A model generated the notes under the pieces. It was not told the DNA's origin, did no database searches, and saw only the letters and a list, made by a program, of their open reading frames with translations. 64,000 nucleotides of DNA from Mytilus edulis (Eukaryota), in assembly GCF_963676685.1 (NCBI RefSeq), contig NC_092357.1, positions 26,660,001-26,724,000 on the forward strand, given 5' to 3'. The first letter of the stretch is position 1. The number at the start of each line of letters is the position of its first letter. Shown piece by piece: positions 22,963-35,270 of the stretch. A program made the translations under genes and the position numbers.

Positions 22963-25900
22963 AATACCTCATAATCATGGTATCTTTGATAAGAAATTTT
23001 TAAGAGAGGATGCCACACAAAGATGACAATGTAATAACATACATGTACCTTTCAGTGTACCATATGGATTGAATACTAGTTACTGGAATGATACATTATA
23101 AATTCTGGTAAACTATATGTATAAGTAAATGAATTGGAAATGAAAGATCTACCAACATTAACGTTTGATGAATTTGTATCAATACTTTATATGCATTCTT
23201 TTATTGCACAAGGTAAGACTTCGATGTTTCCATTGAAAGATAAACAACATCGATCCAGGTTGTAAGATATGTCAAGAAATAATCCAATTAATAATCCGAT
23301 AATCCGAAGATATAATCAAATTTCAGAGGTAACTTATTGTATTGGTAAAATTGTCTCATTTTTTTGTATCACATTTTGTTTAAACAATCCTCTCATAAAT
23401 TGTTTATCATCGATACAGATCACTTCACAGTTGATTGAATAACAAACAGACATGACCGATAGTTGCATACAGTTTCGAGGAACGACTGTTTCTAGATTGT
23501 TTTTTTTTAGGTCAAATGCGATAGTTGCTACATTTAACAAAGACCCTAAAGACCTTTTAAAATGATTACGTTGATTATAGAATGGAACTGGATCTTCCCA
23601 GGTGTTTCATAATTTATTATGTCGTTAAATATCAGTTTTAGAGGTTGTATTTAATAAAATGTGATTATTTACACATTTTAGATGCACTCTGCATAATTTG
23701 CAATACAATATCAATTATTGATATTAAATAAAATATTAAACGTGTTAGTGTATTGGATTTGATAAAAGCTTTTAGACAAGAAGAATCCATACAACATACT
23801 TACTTTTATAAGTAGGAATCACTATTAAATTCCGTTATAAGTATAGAATGTAGAACCAGCAACAAAGGCCCTTCAACTTAGTTTTAGTTTATTGTAAACT
23901 GTAACGCTATCTTTAACTTAGTTCCACGGCATAAATAAAAATAGCTAAATTGAAATAAATTGGGTGAGTTATCTAGTGAATCAGAGAGTTATTGATCTTG
24001 AATTTCACTTATATCATAATAAGTATTAACACGATGTTCATATTGGATTAAACATAACAACAGAGGTCCTACAACGTAATGTTAATATTAACGTTATGTT
24101 TAACGTAGTTACACCCCATATTTAAAATCCGTCAGCTTTAAATGTCCAATTTGAAATAAATTGGGTGAGTAAAGCAGTGAATCAGATGGTTAATGTAAAA
24201 TAATTATCTTGAATTACACTTATTTCATAATAGGTTAATAATTCGTCAATCACAATGTTCATAATTTTTCTCAAATGTTCCTTGCTTTCAGATTTTCTCA
24301 AGATGATTATACATAAAATGATGCATATAAATTGAAATACTGCTTCGCTATTTCTGATTTATATTGCGTTGGAAATGATGATGTCATGTGTTTGTGTTAT
24401 CGGGAACTGTTATCTCGAAAAATTAATGAAACAAACAAAAGATCAAAACACAAATATAGCAACATAGAGTATTAACAAGCTAAATTACATAAACATAAGT
24501 GATGGAAACAGCAGTTCATCAATGTGTTTATCTCATCAATAGATTAAGAGTGCGCATAAATATAGCATACAAGACTAAGAAATCAAATGATCATTTAAAA
24601 CGGCAGCCGAGCGTTTCATAGTGTCTTAGCTTCATCTGATATTTGAGTAATTTCCCAAATGAACATGTAACCATCGATAACAAGTTATGTCAGTCAAATA
24701 ACAGATAAGGCGACAACTCTGTGTCTTAGATCCAAATTGCTTTAATATGTCACTTGTGAGATGAAAAACATACTTGTTATATCGGTCAACTGTTATAATA
24801 GATATGTTTTAATGTTACACTTAGGTTAACTTGAGAACATCAATAATTTAGAATTGATATTACATATAAGACAGAAGTGAAACAGTTAAGGATCAAAATA
24901 GGCAGAAATATTGATAGGCTATTTCGCTCCTTTTCGAAAAGTTAAGTTTTAAATTAATTACGGGCAACAGCTGGCCTTGACTGTTACCTTCTATTTGCAT
25001 TGGTATTAGTTTGGGTCGTTCATCTTTGGAATATTAATAAAGGATCTGAAAGAAATCAATCAAAGTGACATCTTGTCAATACAAATATATAGATAAGGTA
25101 ATACCAGTGTGTTTTTTTTTGTTTTTTTTTAGGGGGCTTCAAATACATATTCTAGTTAAAAGCTTATTTAAATTATTAAACAACTCACAAAACATATTTA
25201 AAAAAAGTATTTTGTGGTCCCTACATGCTGCATTCGTCATACGTTTTGATATACACATACAGACTCAAATACTTATAAATGCATTGAAAATTACGTATAA
25301 GCCAAACTATTTTTTCATTAAGTTGACTTTGTGTAAATATATTCAGAATAAGTAAATCTGTTAGTAATGAACAAAATAAATAGCACTTTACGTTATTGTC
25401 AATAAATTTGATGGTTTCAAGTGTGCATTATAATTATTCTATTACTTGACAGTGATGCTGTTACAAATCATGCATTTGTTACAGTATACAGTAGATATAA
25501 TGTTCACAAAGTGCTAGTTATTACTAAACAAATCATAACGTGCTTTGAACAATAAGCATTAAGTGATAGACATAATAGTTAGTGGCTACCGAATTCTAAG
25601 GAAAATTAAAACGAAAAGTACTGTCATCCATTGTAAAATCAAAAGCTCAATCATACCCAACTTCATTGGAACTAAATGCAATAGTCATATAGAAGGAAAT
25701 ATATATTGATGTCAGTTTATTGTCCAAAACTACATGCCGGCCTTTTTTTCAGAATTTTAATTATTTAAACATTATACCAAATATAAATCATAAATACTTA
25801 GTTTTGTTTTTCCCTATAACAACGTTTACCATGTCAATTGGCAAAAGTAACAATGATTTATTTTATCACAGAAAAAAAAAATGATCAACGTTTATAGATG

Positions 25901-27224
25901 TATCGTATAAAGACACATATGTCGAACTTTCAGACATAGTGTTTTTTTTTCCTCCTTATTCAAGTGTTGAATGTAATTATAAATGAAAATATAAACGTGC
26001 AAAACGATATGCAATACCGTAATGCATTACTTAAGAAAACACCATCAGAATTACACAATGTTAAACACGCTTTGTAAACCGAATACTATTTGTGAAATGC
26101 AATTTAAGTTATTCCAAATGAGCATTGGTATATAAACATTTTGATTAAACTGAAAGACTTCTGTAGCCTTTTCAATATAACGGAATTTGTTGAAAATGTC
26201 GTACAAGTGAAAGGTTTATCGATATAAAAACAGGTTCAATCAAACATTTTCTACATTTTGCCTGTACCAAGTCAGAAATTTGACAGTTGATGTCCATTCG
26301 TTTGTTATGTATTTTCTCATTTGATTTTGCCATGTGATAAGGGACTTTCCCAATAAATTTTCCTCCGAATTCAGTTTTTTTTGTGATTTTATTTTTCTCT
26401 AGGAAATCGCACAATACATACCGTTAAATTTCACCAAGATTAAATTTTTATTTTAATTTATTGATTATTCGTTTGTTCGCTAAACATAATATCCGAAGAT
26501 TGTTAATTTAAAATTCAATTTAATAAGTAAATGAGGAATAAATAACAGAATATAGTTTTTTTTCTCTATTATACTTAATGATAACAATATTGACTCTTTT
26601 GATGAAAACTAGTTAAACTCTTTCTGGATGTTGTAATTAATTAATAGCGTCAAGTGATTCATAAACATATGTACGTTTGTAAACTATAAAATGCAGTTAA
26701 ACAGCAGAAATGCTTTGATGTTTTGAAAAGATAAATCTGCAAATTTTGGAAGGAACAGTTGTTGATGTTATGTAAAATAATCTTCAACACAAATTAAGAG
26801 AAGGATACAATACATTTCTATTGAATATAAATCATCAACAAGCTATTATCATATACATTTAGAGTCTATTTTAACTGACACAAATACACAACGAGTATAT
26901 TTGAAGGAACATGTTGCCAATGACAATTGCATGTGTTGTGACACGTCTTATTAACAAAAGTTTGCTATGGTATTGAAGCGTATAAATCGATGGTAGTTTA
27001 ACTCCGGTAAAAAATGTTCTCATCACAATTATACTATCATCTTTGTATATCTGAAGTTTACGGCATTTGAATCAAGAGTCCAACAGTGACAATTGTTGAC
27101 AGCGATGTATATTGTCATGTGACACGTCACTATTACAGATCAGTCATGTTTACAAATGTATAACTGTAAAACAATAATTCTAGCGTAGAACATCTATACT
27201 ATCAAAGAGAAGACCTCATTTTGT

Positions 27225-28450
27225 GTGGCGTGAATCAGATGTGGGCACTTAAAGATTCTAAAGATCTTTTAGAGTACATACAATCTAACTCTCCTTCATC
27301 TTGTAATAGAATAACACAAGTTTTCCACATTCCAAACTAAAAGACAAATTGAAAGAGTTGGTATTGCTTTGCTTCATAAAAAAATATGGTCCACGTAAAT
27401 ACAAGTATCTTGTCTTAGGGAATGATAAATCATACTTTGTGAAGGATCACTCTGATCCTAACAACAAATGAAACTGACATTATCAAGACGCTTGGTTTCT
27501 TGATTGACAACATATGTGTTACGTTTGGAGGACGTGTTTTTCAACAGACTGTCGGCATTCCAATGGGAACAAATTGTGCACCTCTTCATGCCGACTGGTT
27601 TTTTATCATTATGAGGCTGACTTCATACAGGAACTTCTAGGAAAGAACGATAAGAAGTTAGCATTATCCTTTCACTCTACTTTCCGCTATATATATGATG
27701 TTCTATCGCTAAATAATTCAAAATTTGGTGACTGTGTTGAACGCATCTATCCCATTGAACTATATATAAAGGTTACAACAGATACAGTGAAGTCAGCCTG
27801 ATATCTTGACTTACATATAGAAATTGACAATGATAGTCGATTGAAAACAAAACTTTACGACAAAAGAGATGATTTCAGCTTTCAAATTGTGAACTTTCCA
27901 TTTCTAAGTAGCAACATTTCAGCAGCACCTGCATACGGTGTATAAATCTCCCAATTGATACGATATTCACGTCCTTGTATTTCCTATCATGATTTTCTTG
28001 ATAGAGGGTTGTTGGTCATAAGAAAGCTATTAAATCAAGAGTTCCAAATGGTGAGGTTGAAATCATCACATCAAAAATATTACGGAATCCATCACAAGTT
28101 GGTTGACCGTTATGAAATAACCGTTCCACAAATGATATCGGATATATTCCCTCCGTCGTAACTACAATCCCCTTCCCTTTCATGACTTTGACCTACCGAA
28201 TAAGACTATTTAACGGATTTGTTATAACATAAGCAACACGACATGTGCCACATGTGGAGCAGGATTTGTTAACCCTTCAAGAGCACCTGCGATCACCCCT
28301 GGTTTTTGATGGGGTTCGTGTTGCTTATTTTTAAGTTTTCTATGTTGTGTCACGTGTACTATTGTTTCTATTTTTCATTTTATCCATGGTCTTGTCAGTA
28401 TATTTTCGATTTATGAGTTTGACTGTCCATCTGGTATCTTTCGTCCCTCT
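27225..28450 (+). mobile_element. Decayed Penelope-like retroelement reverse-transcriptase fragment with 3' tail
   Basis: Frameshifted motifs GVNQMW..K.SKDLL, FQQTVGIPMGTNCAP, FRYIYDVLSLNN (YIDD position), IYPIEL, YLDL, KLYDKRDDF and SQLIRYSR. Confidence 0.85.
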
Positions 28451-30266
28451 TTTTTCTCTTATTTCCACAATACATTAATCATCATGTCTTTGTGTCCGAT
28501 AGATACCATGCACAGTCGCATTTGTCATTCTCACTTATGATTATTTGTTTTTTTGTTATATTTGGAGAAAAACGAAAATAAAGGCGTCAAGATATTGTTT
28601 CCATCATGGGATGGAATTTTAAGTCAAAGACAAGACTTCTGTTTAGGACTGTTTTAAAATTACACATATCTTTTAAAAGTACTTTGCATTTTTCTGTATA
28701 CTTTGATCATACATCAACTATAAAATATACTATGAAATCCAAAATTACTACCCACAGTGGTCACTGATATATATAACAAATATGTCCTACAACAATTTAC
28801 ATAATTTCAACCACTCTCTAATTGTCCGTAATTTCTCGGGTGTGTTCTAGTAAGAATTATATTATGATGTAACATATGTGCACTGTTTAGAAAAATTGTA
28901 ATTGATATTATCCCATTACAGAAAAATGAAGAATGGAAACGAGTAAATTAGCTTGGTATGACAACAATTCGGTTTAACAACCGCAGCAATACCCTAATCA
29001 CATATTTTGAAGTTTGCGACTATTACCGGTAATTCCATTTGCTGGAACGGAAGTAGAATCAAATGTCTTATAACATGATTATGTAAGCAAAAGATTCATT
29101 TACATTAATAATACATGCATTGGCATCGATTTTCAAGATTCGTTAGTTAACGGAATGTAACTTAAAAGTTTAAAGTAAAAAAAAACAAACTCTAAGGTTA
29201 ATTGAAAAATAATAAGTACATAAACAGTGGAAAAAATATAACGTTTCTAAAAAATAGAACGAGTATAAACAAATGTCTGATTCTTGATATTGCACAGACA
29301 TTTGCTGGAGAAAATGGTAGATTGAAACTAGATAAGCAAGAGCAATGCAGTTCATCGTTCTTTTTCATACAAACGTCGAGTAATGATGAGAAGTTGTTAG
29401 TAGCACATCAGAGAGTTGTTTAAAACTATGTTTCATAAAACGAACAATAAAGTTTTTAGATATGGCACCCTCTTTAGATCTTTTTTTTTATGTTAGTCAC
29501 TTTGCTCATTCTTTTTTTCGGTGTTATAATTTATCGACAACTGTTTTTTTTTTCTTTTGCATATTTTAGTTTTTCCATCATTTGTATCATGGAGATGTCA
29601 GTTTATTTTCGACTTTTGAATGTATTGCCCCTTAGATGAGATTGTAGCAAGACGATCACATGAGTTTGATAGGGAATATAGCCAATAAAAAAAGCAAACC
29701 TCAATTCTTCAGTCCTTAAAATGTGCAAAATATGTATACCACAGGTGACGACTACTTTTTTCCAATTATTGCTAATACACCTTTTTCGTCAAATTTGCCG
29801 ATCGAAATTAACTTATTTATATGCACAGCAATAAGAAAAACAAACGAAGAGTATGAACCCTATAATTTTTGAGATTTTTCAATTAAATGTTTGTTAATAA
29901 TTGGGTTGTAGCATTATTGCTACAGAGAGGTGAATATACATGACAATAATATATATCCGAGATTACAGGTCTTATCTTAACATACAAAAAAGTTGATATG
30001 GGTTTCCTTATTAAAAGTCAATGAGTAATTGTCATCTATATGATAATGGTAATGTATTGCATATACATACCACGTATGAACATAAACAGTCACCGTTTAC
30101 AAATCTTGAAATAACTATAATCAATTGTAATCATGTTACAACTAGATCTTGCAAGTATTTTTCGAAAAGTAATTTCAACTTATTACATTAATTAATATGT
30201 ACTAATATATTCTTACACTTACCTTTTGATGTGTTATGTTGATGTATTTTATTTGTATATGTATAT

Positions 30267-30870
30267 TGTTACGGCCAGAAATCGCCTTTAAATTGTAGCC
30301 AACAAAAGACACGAATCAATACTAAAATTTAACAATATTTATTATACAAAAGTTTACAAGAAGTATTTTACAAATATTACTGATAACTTAACTGTCAAAA
30401 TATGAGTCCACTCTTTTATCTTTATCTGTATCCGGAAATCTTTCGGAATCCAATCTGAATATTATGTTCACTACTAAGGTCACAATCCAGTATGATGTTG
30501 TTTGTAGAATAAAAGTGTCAATCCAAATGCCGTGAATACTAATGTCTATCAATGTCTAAGTCCAAGTTTAATTATTGGAATTTAACTTTAGTGTCTGTAT
30601 ATATAGTGTTGTCATGGAAAATTCTAGAACACTCTATAATGGAACATTGTGGAAAATCCTGGAAAGTTACAACGGAAGTTTCTGGAATAACGTAGAAGTT
30701 TAAATTACGCATCTTTTATAAGGATCATTCTAGAAAGTTCCAATCATTCTGTGATTGTTCCAGTGATTCCTAAACTGCACAGTTATAAGATTATTTGGTA
30801 AACAACTATCAGGCCATACAACACAAATTAGGCCAACATAAATAAACATAATAATTACAATATCATAACA
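30267..30870 (-). repeat. 3' LTR (604 bp)
   Basis: tgttacggcc...tatcataaca; direct repeat of 34668-35267; adjoined by a polypurine tract (cctcccccctt at 30871-30881 on +). Confidence 0.95.
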
Positions 30871-30954
30871 CCTCCCCCCTTAAAAGAAGTTTTAGTGTAA
30901 CAAAAACTTATCATAAATAATATGAACAAAAATACATAATATATACAAAGTGAT

Positions 30955-33549
30955 TTAATAAGCTCTAGATAAAGCATCAGCTATTACATTATCTTCACCC
31001 TTAATATGTTTTACAATTACATCATATTCCTGTAACAATAAACTCCACCTAGTCAACCTCTGATTCTTGTTTCTCATTTTATGCATGAAGGTGAGAGGAT
31101 TATGATCAGTATAAACAAGAATAGGATATACAGTGGGATTCAAATATACATCAAAATGTTGAAGTGCTGACAACATTGCAAAACACTCTTTTTCAATAGT
31201 TGAATAATTTTTCTGATGTTTATCTAATTTCTTAGAAAAATATGATATAGGTTTTTCAACATTATCATCTGTCTCTTCCATAGTTTTACAACTAAAAGTT
31301 GGTTCAATAACATCTGGTTTGTCATGATTGTTCTCAAATTTAACCATGCCTAAAGTGGCAACTGGTTTACTATCACATAGTACATTAGTACGCTCAAAAT
31401 ATGGTTTTAACATATTAATATGACACACTCTATTTTGTTTGCGCCGACCAGGAGTTTTTACAATATAATTCAAATCATTAATTTTACTCTCTATTGTATA
31501 AGGACCACAATATTTAGCCTGTAAAGGATGTCCAGGGACAGGCAGAAATACAAGTACCTTATCACCAGGCTCAAAAACTCTGTCCCTGGCATCTTTATCA
31601 TACCATATTTTCATCTTGTTATGTACATTTTTTAAGTTTTTCTGAGCAATTTGACAAGCAGTATACAATTTTTCTTTAAATCTAGATACATAGTCTAAAA
31701 GATTCAAGTCAGTATGTTCAGTAAGCCACTTTTCCTTAATCAATTTTAACGGTCCCCTTACAGTATGACCAAATACCAACTCAAAGGGACTAAATCCAAG
31801 GGATTCTTGAACAGCCTCTCGGACTGCAAAAAGTAGAAAGTGAACTCCATCATCCCAGTCTCTGTCAAATTGAAGACAAAAAGTTCTAATCATGTTCTTC
31901 AATGTTTGATGAAAACGTTCTAAGGCACCTTGAGATTCTGGATGATAAGCACTTGATCTGTACTGAGCAATCCCTAACAGGTATACGACTTGCTGAAATA
32001 AACCTGACATGAAATTTGATCCCTGGTCGGACTGTATAGACTTAGGAAGTCCTACTAATGTGAAAAATTTGATCAAAGCTTTGACGATAGTAGGTGTCTT
32101 GATATTTCTGAGCGGAATAGCTTCAGGAAAGCGGGTAGATGTACACATGATTGTCAATAAATATGCATTTCCAGTCTTGGTCTTTGGTAAAGGTCCAACA
32201 CAGTCAATTAGAACTCTGCTGAAAGGTTCGTCAAAGGCTGGAATAGGCAGAAGTGGTGCTGGTGGTATTTTCTGGTTAGGTTTACCAACAACCTGGCATG
32301 TATGACATGATTTGCAGTATTCTGCAACATCATTTCTAAGTTTAGGCCAGTAAAAATGCTGCAAGATCTTAAGGCAAGTCTTCCTTATACCTAAGTGTCC
32401 AGCCAAGGGGGTGTCATGGGCAAGACCAATAATTTCTTGTCTATAAACTTTAGGCACCACCACTCTCCATTCCTCCTCTGGGGTAGCATCAGGAGGCCTC
32501 CACTTCCTCATTAAAATGCCGTCCTGATGGTAATAGCATTCGGCCACTTTGTCTGCTTCTTCCTGTGGTTGAGCTCTCTGGCTGAGCTGAAGAACCTCAG
32601 GGTCTTTATGTTGTTCTTCAGATAAATTCTTTCGGTCTAATGAATGGCTGTTTACATCTGGCCATGGCATAATAACATTTTTGTTAACACTAGGTGGTTT
32701 TATAATTGCCTTTTCTGAGTTACCAGGACCTTCAATGTCAGCTATGAAAGTGTCAGAAAGGTCCATGTAATCAAACTTGTCTGTTTGCAAATTCTCATCT
32801 TGTTGTTTTCTAGCCATCGCCCTAGTAACAACACAAGCTGGATATAATTCAGCATCATCTTCAGGTGATTTAACATCCACCACCGGTTCACTGGTAACAA
32901 TTGGTTCAGCAACCACTTTGTTCCTAGCCTGATCATTTCCTAGCAATAAGGTAACACCCTCAACAGGGAGATTAGGACGAACACCTACAACAACTGGTCC
33001 AGTTATTAAATCTGACTTCAGATAAATACGATGGAGAGGAACATCTATACAACCCAACTCTACACCTTGTAACAAAACGGAGGCACCAACAGAAGTCTTC
33101 TCGGACAAAGGCAACACACCTTCTAACAATAAAGACTGAGAAGCTCCAGTGTCCCGTAAAATTTTAATAGGCTGAAGAGTGGTATCATCAACAATAGCAA
33201 CAAACCCATCAGACATAAAGGGTTTATATTCCTCCATATAATCACAAAAACTGGACTTAAAAGCCTGACTCGCAGGACATTCCAATGTACTGGTAATATA
33301 AGGTGTCGTACAAGCACTGGTCTTCGGCTTATTATCTCGTTCATTCTTCTTCTGGAGTCTAAAACAATCAGCCATCAGGTGACCAATCTTCTTACAATAA
33401 GCACAAGTCAGTGACTTCTTCTCAAAAGTATCAAATTTTGGACTAGACATATTATAACTGGACTGACTCTTATTCTGTGGAACAGGCTTACTATTAGTAC
33501 GCTCAGTGCTTTGATTTTTGTAATTTCCACTGCATGGAAGTATTAACAT
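30955..33549 (-). CDS. pol: Gag C-terminus/Pol: CCHC knuckle, aspartic protease, integrase, partial RNase H; RT missing
   Basis: CAYCKKIGHLMADC; LRDTGASQSLL; H..GHLG..C..C; IDCVGP/SDQG/ESQGALERF; then directly KPISYFSKKL, YSTIEKE, YTDHNPL, NVIADALSR. No YxDD motif. Confidence 0.92.
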   Translation of the reverse strand: MLILPCSGNYKNQSTERTNSKPVPQNKSQSSYNMSSPKFDTFEKKSLTCAYCKKIGHLMADCFRLQKKNERDNKPKTSACTTPYITSTLECPASQAFKSSFCDYMEEYKPFMSDGFVAIVDDTTLQPIKILRDTGASQSLLLEGVLPLSEKTSVGASVLLQGVELGCIDVPLHRIYLKSDLITGPVVVGVRPNLPVEGVTLLLGNDQARNKVVAEPIVTSEPVVDVKSPEDDAELYPACVVTRAMARKQQDENLQTDKFDYMDLSDTFIADIEGPGNSEKAIIKPPSVNKNVIMPWPDVNSHSLDRKNLSEEQHKDPEVLQLSQRAQPQEEADKVAECYYHQDGILMRKWRPPDATPEEEWRVVVPKVYRQEIIGLAHDTPLAGHLGIRKTCLKILQHFYWPKLRNDVAEYCKSCHTCQVVGKPNQKIPPAPLLPIPAFDEPFSRVLIDCVGPLPKTKTGNAYLLTIMCTSTRFPEAIPLRNIKTPTIVKALIKFFTLVGLPKSIQSDQGSNFMSGLFQQVVYLLGIAQYRSSAYHPESQGALERFHQTLKNMIRTFCLQFDRDWDDGVHFLLFAVREAVQESLGFSPFELVFGHTVRGPLKLIKEKWLTEHTDLNLLDYVSRFKEKLYTACQIAQKNLKNVHNKMKIWYDKDARDRVFEPGDKVLVFLPVPGHPLQAKYCGPYTIESKINDLNYIVKTPGRRKQNRVCHINMLKPYFERTNVLCDSKPVATLGMVKFENNHDKPDVIEPTFSCKTMEETDDNVEKPISYFSKKLDKHQKNYSTIEKECFAMLSALQHFDVYLNPTVYPILVYTDHNPLTFMHKMRNKNQRLTRWSLLLQEYDVIVKHIKGEDNVIADALSRAY

Positions 33550-34577
33550 TTTGACTCTTGAAACTTCTTTTATGTGAAAGAGTATAATTATCTGAAATTA
33601 CAGCCGCATCATATATTGACTCAACAGTTTTGTCGTCTAAATGTGTTTTTAATTCTGAATGAACACATTGTTTAAACTCTTCCAATAACATCAATTGTCT
33701 TAGTTGATCAAAATTGTTTTTTGTTTTCTTTGAAGTAAGCCATTTATCACATAGATCTTCTTTTTCCCGAGCAAATTCCACATAGGTTTGCGAATCAAAC
33801 TTTTTATAAGATCTAAATTTCTGTCTATATGCTTCTGGTACTACATGTAGCTCATAGGCTTTCAAAATTTCCTGTTTCACAGTGTCATAATCAGAACTTT
33901 TTTCTGATGGAAGTGTGGAGTATATTTCAGCTGCCTTACCCTCAAAAACACTTTGCAGCATCGTAGTCCAATACGGCATTGGCCATTTCAAATTATTAGC
34001 AATTTTCTCAAACTGTGGAAAATATTTATCAACTGTTTTTTTCACAAAATTTCGGAACCAAACGTATATTTTTTGCTGCATCAAAATAATCTGATTTCGA
34101 CTGGACTTTAGTGTTGCTTTCTTCTTTGACCATTTCAATTTTCAGTTTTTCCATCTCTAGCCTTTCTCTCATTTCAAGTTCTTTTAATTTAAATTCATCT
34201 TCTTTTTCTTTTTTCTCCATTTCTAATCTTTCCTTCATTTCCAGTTCTGCCTGTTTTAATTTAAATTCATCTTCTTTTCTTTTCTCCATCTCCTTCAAAT
34301 TCATTTCCAGTTCTTTTAGTTTGAGTTCATGTTCTAATTCAAGCTGTTTTAATTTAAAGGCGTCAATATTTTCGACCTTAAGTTCAAGAGCCTCTTCACC
34401 TAAAATTTCTGCGTCAACTAATTTGTCTATAACCAAATTTTTTATAATTTGTTTTCTCATAGATACTTTAAAAACTAATTTCAGTTCTTTAGCAAGCAAC
34501 ACTAATTCCTCTTTCTTTAAATTATCAAAACTCTCCAGGTCTGGCGTTTTCAAAAATTTACCAGCATCAAATGCCAT
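33503..34577 (-). pseudogene. gag: Gag (coiled-coil N-terminus + SCAN-like capsid), frameshifted
   Basis: ORFs 34029-34577 and 33503-34138 are joined by a +1 A-run frameshift (LVPKFCEK/TVDKYF..FEKIA..W); motifs AYEL.VPEAYRQKFR and LLEEFK. Confidence 0.88.
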
Positions 34578-34644
34578 TTTGTAGAATTTTGTTGGCTAGT
34601 TATAATACAAATACTAAACAAATTTTGAATAAAATATTTTTAAG

Positions 34645-34662
34645 ATCCCGGACGAGCCCCCA
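34645..34662 (-). promoter_or_regulatory. Primer-binding site, tRNA-Pro
   Basis: Minus strand TGGGGGCTCGTCCGGGAT, 5 nt inside the 5' LTR; matches the known 18-nt tRNA-Pro PBS. Confidence 0.9.
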
Positions 34663-34667
34663 ATTTC

Positions 34668-35267
34668 TGTTACGGCCAGAAATCGCCTTTAAATTGTAGC
34701 CAACAAAAGACACGAATCAATACTAAAATTTAACAATATTTATTATACAAAAGTTTACAAGAAGTATTTTACAAATATTACTGATAACTTAACTGTCAAA
34801 ATATGAGTCCACTCTTTTATCTTTATCTGTATCCGGAAATCTTTCGGAATCCAATCTGAATATTATGTTCACTACTAAGGTCACAATCCAGTATGATGTT
34901 GTTTGTAGAATAAAAGTGTCAATCCAAATGCCGTGAATACTAATGTCTATCAATGTCTAAGTCCAAGTTTAATTATTGGAATTTAACTTTAGTGTCTGTA
35001 TATATAGTGTTGTCATGGAAAATTCTAGAACACTCTATAATGGAACATTGTGGAAAATCTTGGAAAGTTACAACGGAAGTTTCTGGAATAACGTAGAAGT
35101 TTAAATTACAGATTATAAGGATCATTCTAGAAAGTTCCAATCATTCTGTGATTGTTCCAGTGATTCCTAAACTGCACAGTTATAAGATTATTTGGTAAAC
35201 AACTATCAGGCCATACAACACAAATTAGGCCAACATAAATAAACATAATAATTACAATATCATAACA
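34668..35267 (-). repeat. 5' LTR (600 bp)
   Basis: Direct repeat of 30267-30870; by eye it differs by one substitution and one small complex indel. Confidence 0.95.
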
Positions 35268-35270
35268 ATA

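Larger units (their letters stand above)
30267..35267 (-). mobile_element. Gypsy/Ty3 LTR retrotransposon, Gmr1-like domain order (gag-PR-INT-[RT deleted]-RH), non-autonomous
   Basis: Two near-identical TG..CA LTRs, ATAT target duplication (30263-30266 / 35268-35271), PBS, PPT and gag/pol ORFs on the minus strand. Confidence 0.95.

Noticed and set aside
34029-34045. Programmed ribosomal frameshift in gag
   Set aside because: The shift falls mid-gag in an A7 run; a 1-bp indel or homopolymer error is simpler.
34111-34584. 157-aa Ser/Phe-rich plus-strand ORF (also 32009-32305, 54279-54485, 63282-63701, 20977-21294)
   Set aside because: Antisense shadows of the gag/pol, cGLR, BEL gag and exonuclease frames.
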